A stretch of 64,000 bases of DNA from Eledone cirrhosa (GCA_964016885.1 OZ024744.1:82460001-82524000); one strand, 5' to 3'. Positions 13,721 to 27,170 are shown, counted from the first letter of the stretch. Numbers and translations are program-made. The notes: a model not told the origin generated them from the letters alone.

Positions 13721-14040
13721 TGAAGTTATTGTTGTTGATGTTGTGTTCAGCCATGCTGTTTGTGGCAAATCCTTGTAAAATGAATTATGTATTTAGTCGG
13801 ATATCTCTACGAATTCGAATAAAATGTATCTTCAGTAGATATAGTTAGAAGAATATCCAGTTATTCAAGATGACTGTAGTTGTGGCATTACTGTCGGAGA
13901 TAGTATTCATCTTAAATTTAATGAATAGTCACCTACACCAAAATATGCGACTGATCGCGTTGACTGACTATGTATGTATGTATGAATGTATGTATGTATG
14001 TATATATGTATGTTTCTCTATCTATCAATATATATATATG

Positions 14041-14222
14041 TATGGTGGATTGACAGTATCGGTAGAGCGCCAGACACCATGTTTTGCATATAGAGTTTGG
14101 GCCCTTTGCGTTCTGATTTCAAATCCCGTCGAGGCTTTGTTTTTCATCCTTACGGGGTCGATAAAATAAAGTACCAGTGATGTACTGGGATAATTGCTGG
14201 CCTTATGCCAATAGTAGAAACA
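14041..14222 (+). mobile_element. tRNA-derived SINE family 1
   Basis: A/B boxes and the shared core. Confidence 0.8.
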
Positions 14223-14239
14223 AATATAAATATTTATAT

Positions 14240-14540
14240 ATATATATAGTTGTAATAATATTGCCAGGAATAATAACAGAACACACCCACTGTTTGGTTG
14301 GTTTTCACATCTGTATCTTTTATATCTCCATAGTTAATTTATTCGGCAATCAACGTTTATCATTGATTGACCAACGGTCAAATATATGGAGATATAAAAG
14401 ATACAGAAGCGAAAACCAACCAAACAGTGATTGTGTTCTGTTATTATTTCTGGCAATATTATTACAATATGACCCTCCCCATGTATAGCAATATCTGTTT
14501 CGACACACGATTTCATATAAAAAATCTTGCAAAACAAATA
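14240..14540. mobile_element. PLE pLTR-related fragment with ~90-bp inverted arms
   Basis: 14240-14332 is the reverse complement of 14385-14468; the tail matches pLTR sequence at 26857-26930; a related piece is at 33005-33140. Confidence 0.6.
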
Positions 14541-14562
14541 TATATATTATAAATATATATAT

Positions 14563-14595
<33 letters not shown>

Positions 14596-14618
14596 AATAT
14601 ATATATATATACATACAT

Positions 14619-14684
<66 letters not shown>

Positions 14685-14687
<3 letters not shown>

Positions 14688-15628
14688 GTATTTTGCAATA
14701 CACTTTATGCTTAATTAAAAGCATTTTGAAGACCGTAAGCTATTGTTTTAAAGTAGTGACAAATTCACTCACTTTGATCTCAGCAAACAGGGGAGATAAG
14801 CCGACATGACATGTTTCGCTTTGGTTGAAGCTTATCAAGGCCAACTACCCCACCTGTCTACTGAGATCAATGATGTTATATTCTTATAGAAATCTAGTAA
14901 ATAATCAGGAGCTGATTATGCAGAGCCGTTGTTGGTCAGGCAGAAATTAAAAATTAGAATTGGAGCTCTGAAATAGCAATATATATATGGATGTATATAT
15001 AATGTATTTTGCAATACACTTTATGCTTAATTAAAAGCATTTTGAAGACCGTAAGCTATTGTTTTAAAGTAGTGACAAATTCACTCACTTTGATCTCAGC
15101 AAACAGGGGAGATAAGCCGACATGATATGTTTCGCTTTGGTTGAAGCTTATCAAGGCCAACTACCCCACCTGTCTACTGAGATCAATGATGTTATATTCT
15201 TATAGAAATCTAGTAAATAATCAGGAGCTGATTATGCAGAGCCGTTGTTGGTCAGGCAGAAATTAAAAATTAGAATTGGAGCTCTGAAATAGCAATATAT
15301 ATATATGGACGTATATATAATGTATTTTGCAATACACTTTATGCTTAATTAAAAGCATTTTAATCAGCTCCTGATTATTTACTAGATTTCTATAAGAATA
15401 TAACATCTCAGTAGACAGGTGGGGTAGTTGGCCTTGATAAACTTCAACCAAAGCGAAACATGTCATGTCGGCTTATCTCCCCTGTTTGCTGAGATCAAAG
15501 TGAGTGAATTTGTCACTACTTTAAAACAATAGCTTACGGTCTTCAAAATGCTTTTAATTAAGCATAAAGTGTATTGCAAAATACATTATATATACATCCA
15601 TATATATATTGCTATTTCAGAGCTCCAA

Positions 15629-15633
<5 letters not shown>
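14685..15633. repeat. 316-bp tandem units (2 plus a partial) followed by an inverted copy, in (TA)n
   Basis: Units start at 14685, 15001 and 15319; the inverted copy spans ~15360-15633; each unit has a degenerate hammerhead-like core. Confidence 0.85.
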
Positions 15634-15679
<46 letters not shown>

Positions 15680-15758
15680 CTATCCGGAAGCTTCCAACAG
15701 TAATGGTTGCATTCTTTAAGGGTATGTCAATATTTATTTATAAAACTGATCTATATTA

Positions 15759-15823
15759 TATTTTGTCTGATGAAAGCACACAATAATTTAACTTGGTGTC
15801 CTTGAAATATGTATAATGAAATA
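15759..15823 (+). ncRNA. Type I hammerhead ribozyme (PLE tail fragment)
   Basis: TATTTTGT-CTGATGA-AAGCACAC..GTGTCCTT-GAAA-TATGTA-TA-ATGAAATA; stem I pairs with G-U wobbles. Confidence 0.8.
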
Positions 15824-15950
15824 AATATGGTTTTATAAATATAGTTTTCATTTGTTAATATCGTATGTTTACTCCAAATACTTGTTGAATGCTTTATATC
15901 AGTTATAAAAATATTTGCTTGTTGTATCCCAACAATTTAAATAGAACTTT

Positions 15951-15983
<33 letters not shown>

Positions 15984-15987
<4 letters not shown>

Positions 15988-16290
15988 AAAGAGATGAAAT
16001 CGAAAATGCAACTGGAGTCTTATTTTAAAAAAATATATATATATTTATTTGGTTCTTTTACCGGTTTCGCAGTTCTTCTGCTTTTCAAAAGGTGAGTTGA
16101 GATGGAGGGTCTGTGGTTTTTCTCAAAAACCACAGACCCTCCATCTCAACTCACCTTTTGAAAAGCAGAAGAACTGCGAAACCGGTAAAAGAACCAAATA
16201 AATATATATATTTAAAAAAATATATATTTTAAAAATATATTTAAAAAAAAAATAAGACTCCAGTTGCATTTTCGATTTCATCTCTTTTTC
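15984..16290. repeat. Fold-back palindrome with a 3-nt spacer and a degenerate hammerhead in each arm
   Basis: Centre CTC at 16122-16124; arm reads TTGAAAA-GCAG aagaa CTGC-GAAA-CCGG-TA (16155-16191 on +, mirrored at 16055-16092). Confidence 0.8.
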
Positions 16291-16352
16291 TTTATACTTT
16301 CACTCGTGTAGGACACCTCGGTTATTTTTCATTTTGTAAAAAAAACCCTCAC

Positions 16353-16424
<72 letters not shown>

Positions 16425-16497
16425 ATATATGTCTATTTATATAGATATGTAGTGACTAGCGCCATCTCTTCGGGGAACCAATGTATACACACAGACA

Positions 16498-16568
<71 letters not shown>

Positions 16569-16706
16569 ATGTGTGTGTGTGAACACATATATACAAAATG
16601 TTTGACGGTGTACACACTCGCTTTTTCTCAAAATAATTTTTTTCGTTCCTTCCTCTTCTCACATTCTACCATTATAATTCAATTCCTATTTTAATTTCTC
16701 TTTCTA

Positions 16707-16742
16707 TCTTCTGATGAATCACTAGTGTCCGAAACGCAGAGG
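16707..16742 (+). ncRNA. Degenerate minimal hammerhead ribozyme
   Basis: TCTT-CTGATGA-ATCACTAGTGTCC-GAAA-CG-CA-GAGG; same family as 5118. Confidence 0.55.
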
Positions 16743-16928
16743 CTCCTTTTCCAACTATATCAAGCGTTAAACTAATATGTTTCTTCATTATACTGTGTTG
16801 GTTGTTTTGATTATATATATATATATACATGTGTGTCTACATGAATGGATATGTGGTACTACATAGCGTTCTACTTATTTGTCTTATATTTGAATATGCT
16901 TCTTGTCAAATATTATCTACACTAATCA

Positions 16929-17096
16929 GGGCGGTGGATTGGCAGTATCGGTAGAGGGTAGGACACCATACTTTGCAGCATCGAGTTACGGCCCTTTACG
17001 GTCTGAGTTCAAATCCCGCCGAGGTTAACTTGGCCTTTCATCCTTACGGGGTCGATAAAATAAAGTACCAGTCATGCACTGGGGTCGATTTAATCG

Positions 17097-17128
<32 letters not shown>

Positions 17129-17161
17129 AAAATTGCTGGCCTTGTGCCTATATAAGAAATC
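16929..17161 (+). mobile_element. Full-length tRNA-derived SINE family 1 with a 15-bp TSD
   Basis: A/B boxes; ATTATCTACACTAAT duplicated at 16912-16926 and 17162-17176. Confidence 0.9.
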
Positions 17162-17533
17162 ATTATCTACACTAATATGTAATCTCAGTAATTTCAAAAC
17201 CACTAATTTTTATTTGCATTTTATATTGTGAAAAGGTTTCAGGTATAAAAATAATAACAATAAAACCAGTAACAACAAACAAAATAGTTAATGGAACATA
17301 AATATAAACAAATATCGAAGGAAATTCTAGCGGTAACTGGAAACGAACATGTCTGTCGAAGTGAAGTTATGTGCGTGTTTGTCTGTGTGTCTATGTGTGC
17401 ATGTGTGCCTTTTTGCATGTGTGGGTGCATGTGTGAGCGCGCGTTTTGAAAATAGATAGAAATAGATATAAGAATAGATAGATAAACCGACAGATCGATA
17501 GACAGGCATATCTGTCTCTATCAATCTACCCCC

Positions 17534-17641
<108 letters not shown>

Positions 17642-17790
17642 TATATATATGTATATATTTATATATATGTATGTATATGCATATATATATATAATATATA
17701 TATATATATATTATATATATATATATATATGCATATACATACATATATATAAATATATACATATATATATAAATATCTATATATCTATAT

Positions 17791-17852
<62 letters not shown>

Positions 17853-18222
17853 ATATATACAGATAATCTGCATTTATGTATTTGTGTGTTTGTATGTACA
17901 GGGGAGTGTTTGTAAATGGGGACATATTTGCATATGTTAGTGTGTGTAGACAGCTAAAAGCTGCGAACGAGATTGCATGTATGTGTATTTAGGAACGTAT
18001 ACTCATAAGTATTTTTGATTTAGAACAGCTGATAATACTGTCCTGTAATGTTAACTATCAATTATGCATATACATACATTCATATATATATGTATATATT
18101 ATATATTTATTCATTTATATATATGTATATATTATATATAAATATATTCCTTTATATATATGTATATATCTTATTTATATTCATTTATATTTTATATATT
18201 TATGCCTACAGATCTGTGTATT

Positions 18223-18262
<40 letters not shown>

Positions 18263-18462
18263 AAATATGTATATATATATATATATTTTCCAATACTCAA
18301 TATATGTACAAGTCATTCACAGAAAATAGTTTTGTATATGTATGTTTATATATGTACGAATATAATCTATATATATCTATATCTATATCTATATCTATAT
18401 CTATATATACATGTATATATGCATTTATGTATGTATATATGTATGTATATACACATACACAC

Positions 18463-18604
<142 letters not shown>

Positions 18605-18613
18605 ATATGTATT

Positions 18614-18696
<83 letters not shown>

Positions 18697-19213
18697 GTGT
18701 GTGTGTGTGTGTATAACCATATACACACAAAATACATACATATGTATGTGTTTTTGTATATATGAATAATAGATGCCAATAAAGAAACATGTGCTAATAA
18801 TGCCTAGAGTATATCAAGTGAAGAATTTTCAGTAGTCAGTGCTAACCAATATCTATTAATAAATGTCTTAGTTAATAACCATGAACAGATTAAAGGGGAG
18901 AGACGATCAATAAAATATTCAGTATTATTAATAATTCATATCAATAAATATCTTTGCATAAGAAGAAGTAGAGAAGGAAAAATACTTCGATTTCATCAAC
19001 ACCATTAATGTTATGTCAATATATTTACGTATATAGTGACGAACGCAAGAGAACAAGGGATGGGATGACGTGGGGAGGGGGTTAATGACTGTAATGCATT
19101 TTCGATTTTTCTGTGAAACTATTTCATGTTACTTTGGTTGTTGATACTCACAAGAAAAGCATAAATGTAATATCTCACTCTTCCCTTATACTTGGCTTGG
19201 AATTAGGAGTCAA

Positions 19214-19687
19214 TCTAATCTATAATCTGGCCGAGTTTACACTCGCAAATAAAAAGAACCTGGGCCGCCCCTAGGAGCATTGGATTTGGTTTACTTCATA
19301 TTTGTTTCGGTTGCTGAATATAATCAGGGGTCACTGCTTCTCCTGAAGGTCAATAGTTCTCTTCTAACTCGAGCGGGGCTGCCTTTCCATTGTCAATTTG
19401 CATTGATCATCTGCATAGCCGCATTGTTCTCAGAACCACTAGACCAGTCTTTCGATGCGTGTAGCTGCTGGAACTACTCCCACCCATTGATCTTACTGGA
19501 TCGCAACTCATTTCTACATCAGAGTAAACGGGAGCAACGTGAAATAAAGTGTCTTGCTCAAGGACACAACAAGAATCGAACTCACAACCTTTCGATTGCA
19601 AGCCCAATGCTCACCAAATCCAATGCTCCTAGAGGCGGCCCTGGTTCTTCTTATTTGCGAATGTAAACTCGGCCAGATTAGATTAGA
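19214..19687. mobile_element. MITE-like element with ~75-bp terminal inverted repeats enclosing a SINE family 2 fragment
   Basis: 19214-19290 is the reverse complement of 19613-19687 with a few mismatches; SINE motif at 19400-19610 on the minus strand. Confidence 0.65.
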
Positions 19688-19953
19688 TAGATATAATATT
19701 TCTCTGGACAAATTTTCTGAGTCATGTCTCTCCAAATGTTTTAGGCTTGGGTTGTTTGTATGAGGATTATAGATTTTTGGTGATGGTTAAAGGTGTGTAT
19801 TTATACAACTATACCTATTCTTAACGGAATTTCTTTTGAAGATATATGTGTAAAGCGGTGATGTATGTACTGAGAAGTGCAAAGAAGGTTCTACCAACAT
19901 TTTTGGATACATTAAAACGATATGGAGAAGGTTAACTCAAGTAGATTTAACCT

Positions 19954-20059
19954 TCTTCCTCAGACGGGCTGCTGACGTTCCGATCTTGCGGAGGAGCTCG
20001 GCAGTATGGGGTCCAAGTACGCCAGAGGTCTCGACGGCGACTGGTGCGAAGAGGAAGCG
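19954..20059 (-). mobile_element. Short fragment of a CRE-like non-LTR retrotransposon RLE C-terminus
   Basis: GC-rich island; the minus strand translates FLFAPVAVETSGVLGPHTAELLRKIG; flanked by the direct repeat GATTTAACCT. Confidence 0.55.
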
Positions 20060-21839
20060 GATTTAACCTCTTATAGGTTTGATATCATTTTTGTATGTAT
20101 TTCAGCTAGGTACTAAACACATTTTCAGTTACTGCTCTTTTGTAGCGTGGGGCTGCATTGTTTCATGAAAAGTTAGATATGCCTGTTTATGTTGCCTGTA
20201 ATTTATTGTGTGGTTGCAGGCGTGGAACTTCCATTTACGTATATTGTTTCTTCGTAGAAATTACAGTAGGAGCGATAATTGCAGGTGTTTAAGTTTAGTG
20301 CTACGTTTAGGAATTTTAATATCTTCAGGTATCTGTCTATTGCAATTTAAAAATCAAAGTCTAGTACTAATTAGTGTGTTTTTAAATTAAAGTCTAGTGC
20401 TAATTAGTGTGTATTTTTAGTTTATTCATGGAGTATGACAAGCCCGTTGTCTCTAGAAAGTCAAATGTTTGTGAATCTTATTCTGTTGTTCAGTGTGTGT
20501 AGTATGTATTCTAAATTCCAGAGCTTTGGTGTGTAGAATTCTATAATATCAAACTCCACTAATCTACAATAGGATTTACATTCAATACATCTCTATAGTG
20601 TTTAGTTTGTTCATAGGTCGGTGTGGGTTTAGGCGTTGTATTCTATCCGCTGTATACTTAATGTATTGTAATGGTTTTTACATGTATTTTGGGCGTGGCC
20701 TCTTTTATGTTTTCTTTATATTATTTTAAGCAAGTATTGAAATCTAGTTTATATAGTTCTTTTGATTTTCTCGACTTGCGCATATATATTATTTTCAATT
20801 TGTGTTTGTGGGGATAAATGTTTGTTTAACGTATTGTGATAACAAATCTTACATATTTATGAGTTCCTTACGTGTATTTGTAATTTTTCTAGTTCCTGAT
20901 TTTCTGGTGGATACCTCTTGCTTTCCAAGCTGTATTCTCGCCATTGGTAATGGAAATATTGAAATATATCTGTGAAAGCAATACAATAAATGTTTGAAAT
21001 ATTATTATTAATAACTTAACTTATTGAATTTTTTTTTAGTTTATACCTAACATAAGCAATATATTGCAAATTTTCCGGTAGCCATTCATGTGTAAATAAT
21101 GTAAGAGAGCAAACTTTAAATACACCTGCCCGCACGTGAAAAAGACAAAGGATAAAAGCCTATTTGATGCATAAAATGAAGGAAAACTAGAACGAAAATA
21201 TCCGTATCGTCAAAACATATGGACGGATGAATCATATAGAGGGTTGATATCTGCATACAACTTGTTTCAATTTGGTGTGTGGATTTAGCGAGTGGATTGT
21301 TGCATCATAGAGTGGCATCATCTCCGTTGTGGTGATGGTGTTAAAATTGTCACCAATCTAAATTGTTTGCTATTGCGCTTTCGACCCTCATCAATTATGA
21401 AAGTTTGGCTTTCACATACTCTTACAATGGAAGCTGAAGGTTATAAGAAACATTTCATTTCAGATGGGACGCAAAAGAACCGTGTAGGCTGCAGTAAGAC
21501 ATGATGGCACTATTTTATCGCTGTGGTGTAATTTGGTCGTGCTTGGTCAGTCGCCAGCCCTGAAGGGTTGGTGACGTATGAATACAAATGACCATTTCTG
21601 CCCAGCAGTAGAGCGCGCCTTTTTCAAAACTAGCCAGTAGTTGCGTTTTGGACGCTGGAAGTGCAACAGCTCTTAACTGGCTTTCCCACTGTTTCTGATT
21701 TTTCTCTCTAGCATTGAGAGTAGTTCATTAGACTACCTTTCAAAGATTTACCATTTATCCATCAACTTTGTTTTACTAAATATTCTAATCCTTACGGATG
21801 CAACATTATTATCCTTCGATGGATCAACATTATTATCAT

Positions 21840-22025
21840 TTGGCAGTATCAGTAGAGGGTCTGACGCCATGCTTTGCAGCAAAGAGTTACGGCCCGTTAT
21901 GGTCTGATTTCAAATCCCGCCGAGGTTAACTTTGCCTTTCACCCTTACGGGGTCGATAAAATAAAGTACCAGTAATACACTGGAATAATTGCTGGCCTTG
22001 TGCCAAAAGTAGAAACAATTATTAT
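21840..22025 (+). mobile_element. tRNA-derived SINE family 1
   Basis: A/B boxes, core and ATT tail. Confidence 0.85.
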
Positions 22026-22287
22026 CCTTCCTACAACCAACTTTGATAGTGAGAGTAAGTAAGGATAAATTAGTGCCTGTCTCACTAAATATTTAGCATA
22101 CTAAAAAAAAACATTCATTTAAATGACATCTTCACAGAGAAAACCTCACTGTATACACTATGGATACGTGTTCAAACCAATCAAAAAAATAATTTTTGTA
22201 TAAAAACTACGCCTTCTGATATATTTTTTGGACCATTGGAACACTTCTACATTCAATCTTCCTAAAGTGGCACTCTTGCTAAAAAGT

Positions 22288-22888
22288 AATAATTGTTTCT
22301 ACATTCGGCACAAGGCCAGTAATCACCCAGTACATTACTGGTACTTTATTTTATCGACCTCGTAAGGATGAAAGGCAAAGTTAACCTTCGCGGGATTTGA
22401 ACTCAGATCGTAAAGGGAAGTAACTATGCTGGAAAGCATGTCCAACCCTCTACCAATTCTGCCAATCCACCGCTAAAAAGTAATAATTGTTTCTACTTTT
22501 GGTACAAGGTCAGCAATTACCCAGTGCATTACTGGTACTTTATTTTATCGACCCCGTAAAGATGAAAGGCAAAGTTAACCTCGGCGGGATTTGAACTTAG
22601 ACCATAAAGGGAGGTAACTCTATGCTTCAAAGCATGGCGTCCGACCCTCTACCGATACTGCCAATCCACTCAAAGTAATAATAACTACTAAAAGGCATTC
22701 GCCAGCGAAGATTATTTCAGTGAATGTATCGAGCATATTAGAAATCACCGTGATTGGAACCATATAGAAATAATTGTTTCTACGTTAGGCACAAGGCAAG
22801 CAATTACCCAGTGTATTACTGGTACTTTATTTTATCGACCCCGTAAGGATGAAAGGCAAAGTTAACCTCGGCGGGATTTGAACTCAGA
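22288..22888 (-). mobile_element. Three SINE family 1 copies (22288-22472, 22480-22670, 22770-22888)
   Basis: Reverse-complement SINE motifs; CTAAAAAGTAATAATT duplicated around the first copy. Confidence 0.85.
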
Positions 22889-22919
22889 AATAATATGATG
22901 TGATAACGGATGCACTTTT

Positions 22920-23400
22920 TAACGAAAACAACTGAACCGAGGGCTGTTTTGGCGTCTTGTTTCGCTTAGATACTAGATAAGAGTTAGAGCGGGGTTATGA
23001 ACAGCGTGGTCAAGCATACTCAAGAATAGCCTAAGAGGAAGTTATCCTTGAAAGATAACGCCTCTATAATTTATTTTGGCTTTATTTTCGTGCATTGCCT
23101 CAAGCCGGATTTTATCAAGCTGGAGCGTCTGCTATTCAGGGTATTTGGTAAGCGACAAATTCCTCTAGCCAGAAGTTCAATCTATTATCAACACTCTTTA
23201 TAGGGAGGGCTCGGCGTTTCATGGCTCATGATTCGCAGTTATGCAAAAAGTCTGTAACATCTACCAAGATTTCTAAATGGTGAGTAGATATCGTCGCTTT
23301 TTTGAAGTCCGTTCTGATACAGTTGGTCTCTTTGATGTAATATTAGTCTTGATTCAAGCTGGGACTAGAATTATGCATGAGATGAAATGACACCCGCTTG
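22920..23400 (+). pseudogene. Old degenerate Tx1-like ORF2 fragment
   Basis: Translates KLERLLFRVFGKRQIPLARSSIYYQHSL*GGLGVSWLMIRSYA, which aligns with ALERLLFRFLWKGRAPMVRRSICCQHPLRGGLGMPWLMMRSHA at 43.9 kb. Confidence 0.7.
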
Positions 23401-23668
23401 AGGTGTTATTCTTTGACCTTTTCGGGGATAATTCTTTGGTAGATGATTTAAGACTAACAGATAAATAAGTATATAGGGATAAAGGGAAAGATGAAGCATG
23501 GAAAGGTAGGAGTGAATGTTAAAACGGAGAAAGATCAAAGAAAACGAAAACGAAAAAAGGATGTCTTGGAAGAAGATAAAGGAGGCATAAGTAGTACTGA
23601 AAAGGAAAAGCAAAAAAGAAAAAAAAGAAAAATGAAAACAAGTAATATACTCGTATATATCTACAGAC

Positions 23669-23720
<52 letters not shown>

Positions 23721-24779
23721 GCATTCAGTTGAAGATAAAGAGAGAATAGGCAAAGTGAGACAGAGTGAAGAGGAGAGAGGAGGGATGATAGGAGATGAAA
23801 ATATGGAGAGAGACAGAGGCAGGTAAACAGGTAAAGCGGCCACACACAATGGTAAATGAAGAACAGGAAGAAATTGCCAGGAAAAGTGATCAGTAATTAT
23901 ATTAAGACCTTACTTGTACAACATCTTCTGATAATGTATATACGACACTGGCAGAAGATTTCAGAACACAGTATAGCGAATAGAACGTTTTGCTTTAATT
24001 TCATTATTTGCAGTCCTGGATGTTGATTCTTGCCGGATTAGAGTTTACACGGTAATGGGCGAAACGGCTGGAATCTCGACATGATCTTAAAGATTGTTAG
24101 CATTCTGAACAGATAAATCTTTAAGTTGTAAGACGTATTTAAAGAGAAAAAAAATGATAATCAACACCATAGTAAAAAACAAACAAAACAAAACAAACAA
24201 AAAACAAAGCAAAACAAAAACAAAAACATGCTGAAACACATGTACACCTACCTATACTTACACAAACATTCGGGAATATGAAACAAATACATATATAGGG
24301 AGAGACTCGTATACGCATACATAAACATATTCTCAGATAGACAGACAAATAGACAGAGAGGCAGAGGCAAACACAGATACACACTCACACATTCCAACAT
24401 AAATACGCAAATAGAAATGTGTATACAAATGTAAACTATGTATGTATTGAACGGAATTGATCGGACCTCCGTCAATTTCGATGATGAGTGACCCAATCGC
24501 TCAATCAACAGAACAGCCCATTCATGAAATTAGCGTGTAAGTTGTAGATCATTCCATAGAGACATATAGCTTTTGGATGATTCTCAGGGAGATTCAATGT
24601 GACACAGTGTGTCAAAAAGGTACAGTCCATCCGCCAGGTTTCCAAATAGTTTCTATTTGCCAAATTTTTCTCACAAAACATGAGTCAACCTAATACTTGT
24701 TCAAGATCATGTACTGAGATCAAATCCGGGATCTTGTGATAGCGAATCGAACTTCTTAACCATTTAGCCATGCTAATAC

Positions 24780-25210
24780 GCCAGTTTCAGCATTCGTTCA
24801 TCAGAAGAAAGGATGTAAATGTAAAAGCCAAACTCGCTAACTTCAATTCGGTTTTCCTGCTAACCCTTACCATGAATTTTGAGTAATGACCAAAAATACG
24901 ATAATGAATACAAGCGTCCGAAATGGGGTTCCTCTGAAGGGTCTTTGGAGTAACCTTACATGATAAAGTGCGTAGCTCGGAGATCAGAGAGTCACTCCAG
25001 GTAGAGCCACTACTTCTCCAAATTGAGAGGTCGCAGCTCCGATACTATGGGCATGTAGTTAAAATGTCTCATGAAAGAATCATTGGAGAGATTTTATGGT
25101 TGGAGATCCAGACCAGCCGAATCAATTGGAGACAGTTGTTTCTGACAGGACGCACTGGAAGACGTGTTTGGGGACTCTGCCACCACGACCCTCTCAGGAA
25201 AAACTGCAAA
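24780..25210 (+). mobile_element. RTE-type LINE 3' fragment
   Basis: ASEMGFL*RVFGVTLHDKVRSSEIRESLQVEPLLLQIERSQLRYYGHV, typical of the RTE C-terminus. Confidence 0.7.
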
Positions 25211-25657
25211 GAAGAAAATGAAAAAGACGAAGAAGAAGTGTCAACAATATTTGTTGAGGAAACATCTATGTACACGAAATTAATACCATTAATATGATTA
25301 TTTGATGGTTTACATGATAGTGATGGTGATGGTGATAGTGATAATGGTTTATACATGTGTACATAAGAATGTGCACATAGGGATAGACGTGTACTGAAGC
25401 TGATAGGCCTTTATGTTCATGGACATGCACGCATCTATATATAGTTAGTTTATGTACTCATATACAAACACGTACATATGTATATATGTACATACATATA
25501 TATATATATATATATTGTTATACTTTGGGAGGGTCATATTGCCAATAAGAAACACACGCACCAGTTGCTTTCACTTCAATTTATTATATATTTATAAATT
25601 TATAAATTTATAAATTTATGGTTGGTTGGTTCCACAACCAGATAGTTGTTTATATAT

Positions 25658-25702
25658 AGTCATAGTTCTTTCGTCACACACTCTGTGACCTCTTCAGTGA
25701 CT
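25658..25702 (-). ncRNA. Type I hammerhead ribozyme (inverted pLTR)
   Basis: AGTCA-CTGAAGA-G-GTCACA gagtg TGTGAC-GAAA-GAAC-TA-TGACT. Confidence 0.85.
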
Positions 25703-26687
25703 GGGGATTCCTTTCTTTGTTTCTGTGCCTCTCCTTTGTTCTGTCCTACGCCATTTTGTTTCTGTGTGTGTGTTGTGTGCTCATAAAATCAGAGTGTATA
25801 GAGGAGCCAGAACCAAATGGGAAAAAATGGTAAATAATGACATAAATGGGACCTGCCCCTTGTATAGGAGCAAATTTTGGAATAGAATAGAAAGAACTAG
25901 GAACAAGGCTAATAGAATAAACTCATGGTATGATAGCAATAAATACCAGAGTGTAATGTTCATCGATACAACCCCTAGAGGTGAATTGGCTTACAAATTT
26001 AGAAGGGCCCTAAATAAACATAAACTCAATATTAAGATAGTAGAAAGACCAGGTACCTCCGTAAAAACACTTATTAGCAAGACATACCCTTTTCAAAGAC
26101 CCTCATGTATAGATAAGAATGTATAACCTGTAAAATAAGCCCCCATATTAACTGTAAAACTAGAAATGTAGTGTATAGCATAAGATGTACTGAAGGACAA
26201 TGTAGAGACAAAAATATAGTGTACATAGGTGAGACAGCTCGTAGTGTAGGGGAACGGATAAATGAACACTGGCGAGACCTTCAAGATAATAAAGAATCAT
26301 CTGTACTCTACCAACATGCTAAAATAGAACACAAGGGTAAATTAGAGAACATAGAAATAAAAATAGAATCTACACACAGAAAAGACGCAATGTTTAACAA
26401 ATTACAGAGGCAATAAACATAAAAGAATTACAACCAAAATTAAATAGAAAATATGAGTGGAACAGCAACATCACAACTTACAATTAAGGACAAAATGAAA
26501 ACATACACACACATATAACAAACAACCAACCAGTAACATGTAAATAAACAAATAAATAAATGAACATAAACACACACAGACACCCGGATGTGGCGCATGC
26601 GCAGACTGAGCACACAACACACACACAGAAACAAAATGGCGTAGGACAGAACAAAGGAGAGGCACAGAAACAAAGAAAGGAATCCCC

Positions 26688-26732
26688 AGTCACTGAAGAG
26701 GTCACAGAGTGTGTGACGAAAGAACTATGACT
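26688..26732 (+). ncRNA. Type I hammerhead ribozyme (pLTR)
   Basis: AGTCA-CTGAAGA-G-GTCACA gagtg TGTGAC-GAAA-GAAC-TA-TGACT. Confidence 0.85.
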
Positions 26733-27103
26733 ATATATAAACAACTATCTGGTTGTGGAACCAACCAACCAACCATAAATTTATAAATTTATAAATTTAT
26801 AAATATATAATAAATTGAAGTGAAAGCAACTGGTGCGTGTGTTTCTTATTGGCAACATGACCCTCCCAAAGTATAACAATATCGGTTTCAACACACGATT
26901 TCAGATAAAGAATCTTGCTAAACAAATTCAGAAACGAAATATATATATATATGTATTTGAATTTCGTATTTCTAAAGAATAAACATTTAAAACGCCCTAG
27001 CTATGCAAAATCACTGGCAGCTAAGGCCACCCACAGGTGTCCCATATATATATATATATTAATTCAAAATATTAACAAAAATAGAACTTCCTGTGATCAA
27101 GTA

Positions 27104-27170
27104 TATTTTATTATACATATTTCAGAGGTACTGAGCTAACTTCAACAGTACGTCCTCATCAGATAAAATA
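27104..27170 (-). ncRNA. Type I hammerhead ribozyme (inverted pLTR)
   Basis: TATTTTAT-CTGATGA-..GTACTG..CAGTAC..-GAAA-TATGTA-TA-ATAAAATA. Confidence 0.85.

Larger units (their letters stand above)
25515..26940 (+). mobile_element. 5'-truncated Penelope-like element (clade A) with inverted pseudo-LTR
   Basis: Frameshifted GIY-YIG ORF (VVYSIRC..VYIGETARSVGERINEH..RQITEAINI..LNRKYEW) at ~25784-26490; 25515-25783 is inverted relative to 26607-26880; (TA)n flanks. Confidence 0.85.

Noticed and set aside
20100-20950. Possible highly decayed L1-type RT on the minus strand (RPMNKLNT, IYVNG)
   Set aside because: Motifs are too weak to call by eye
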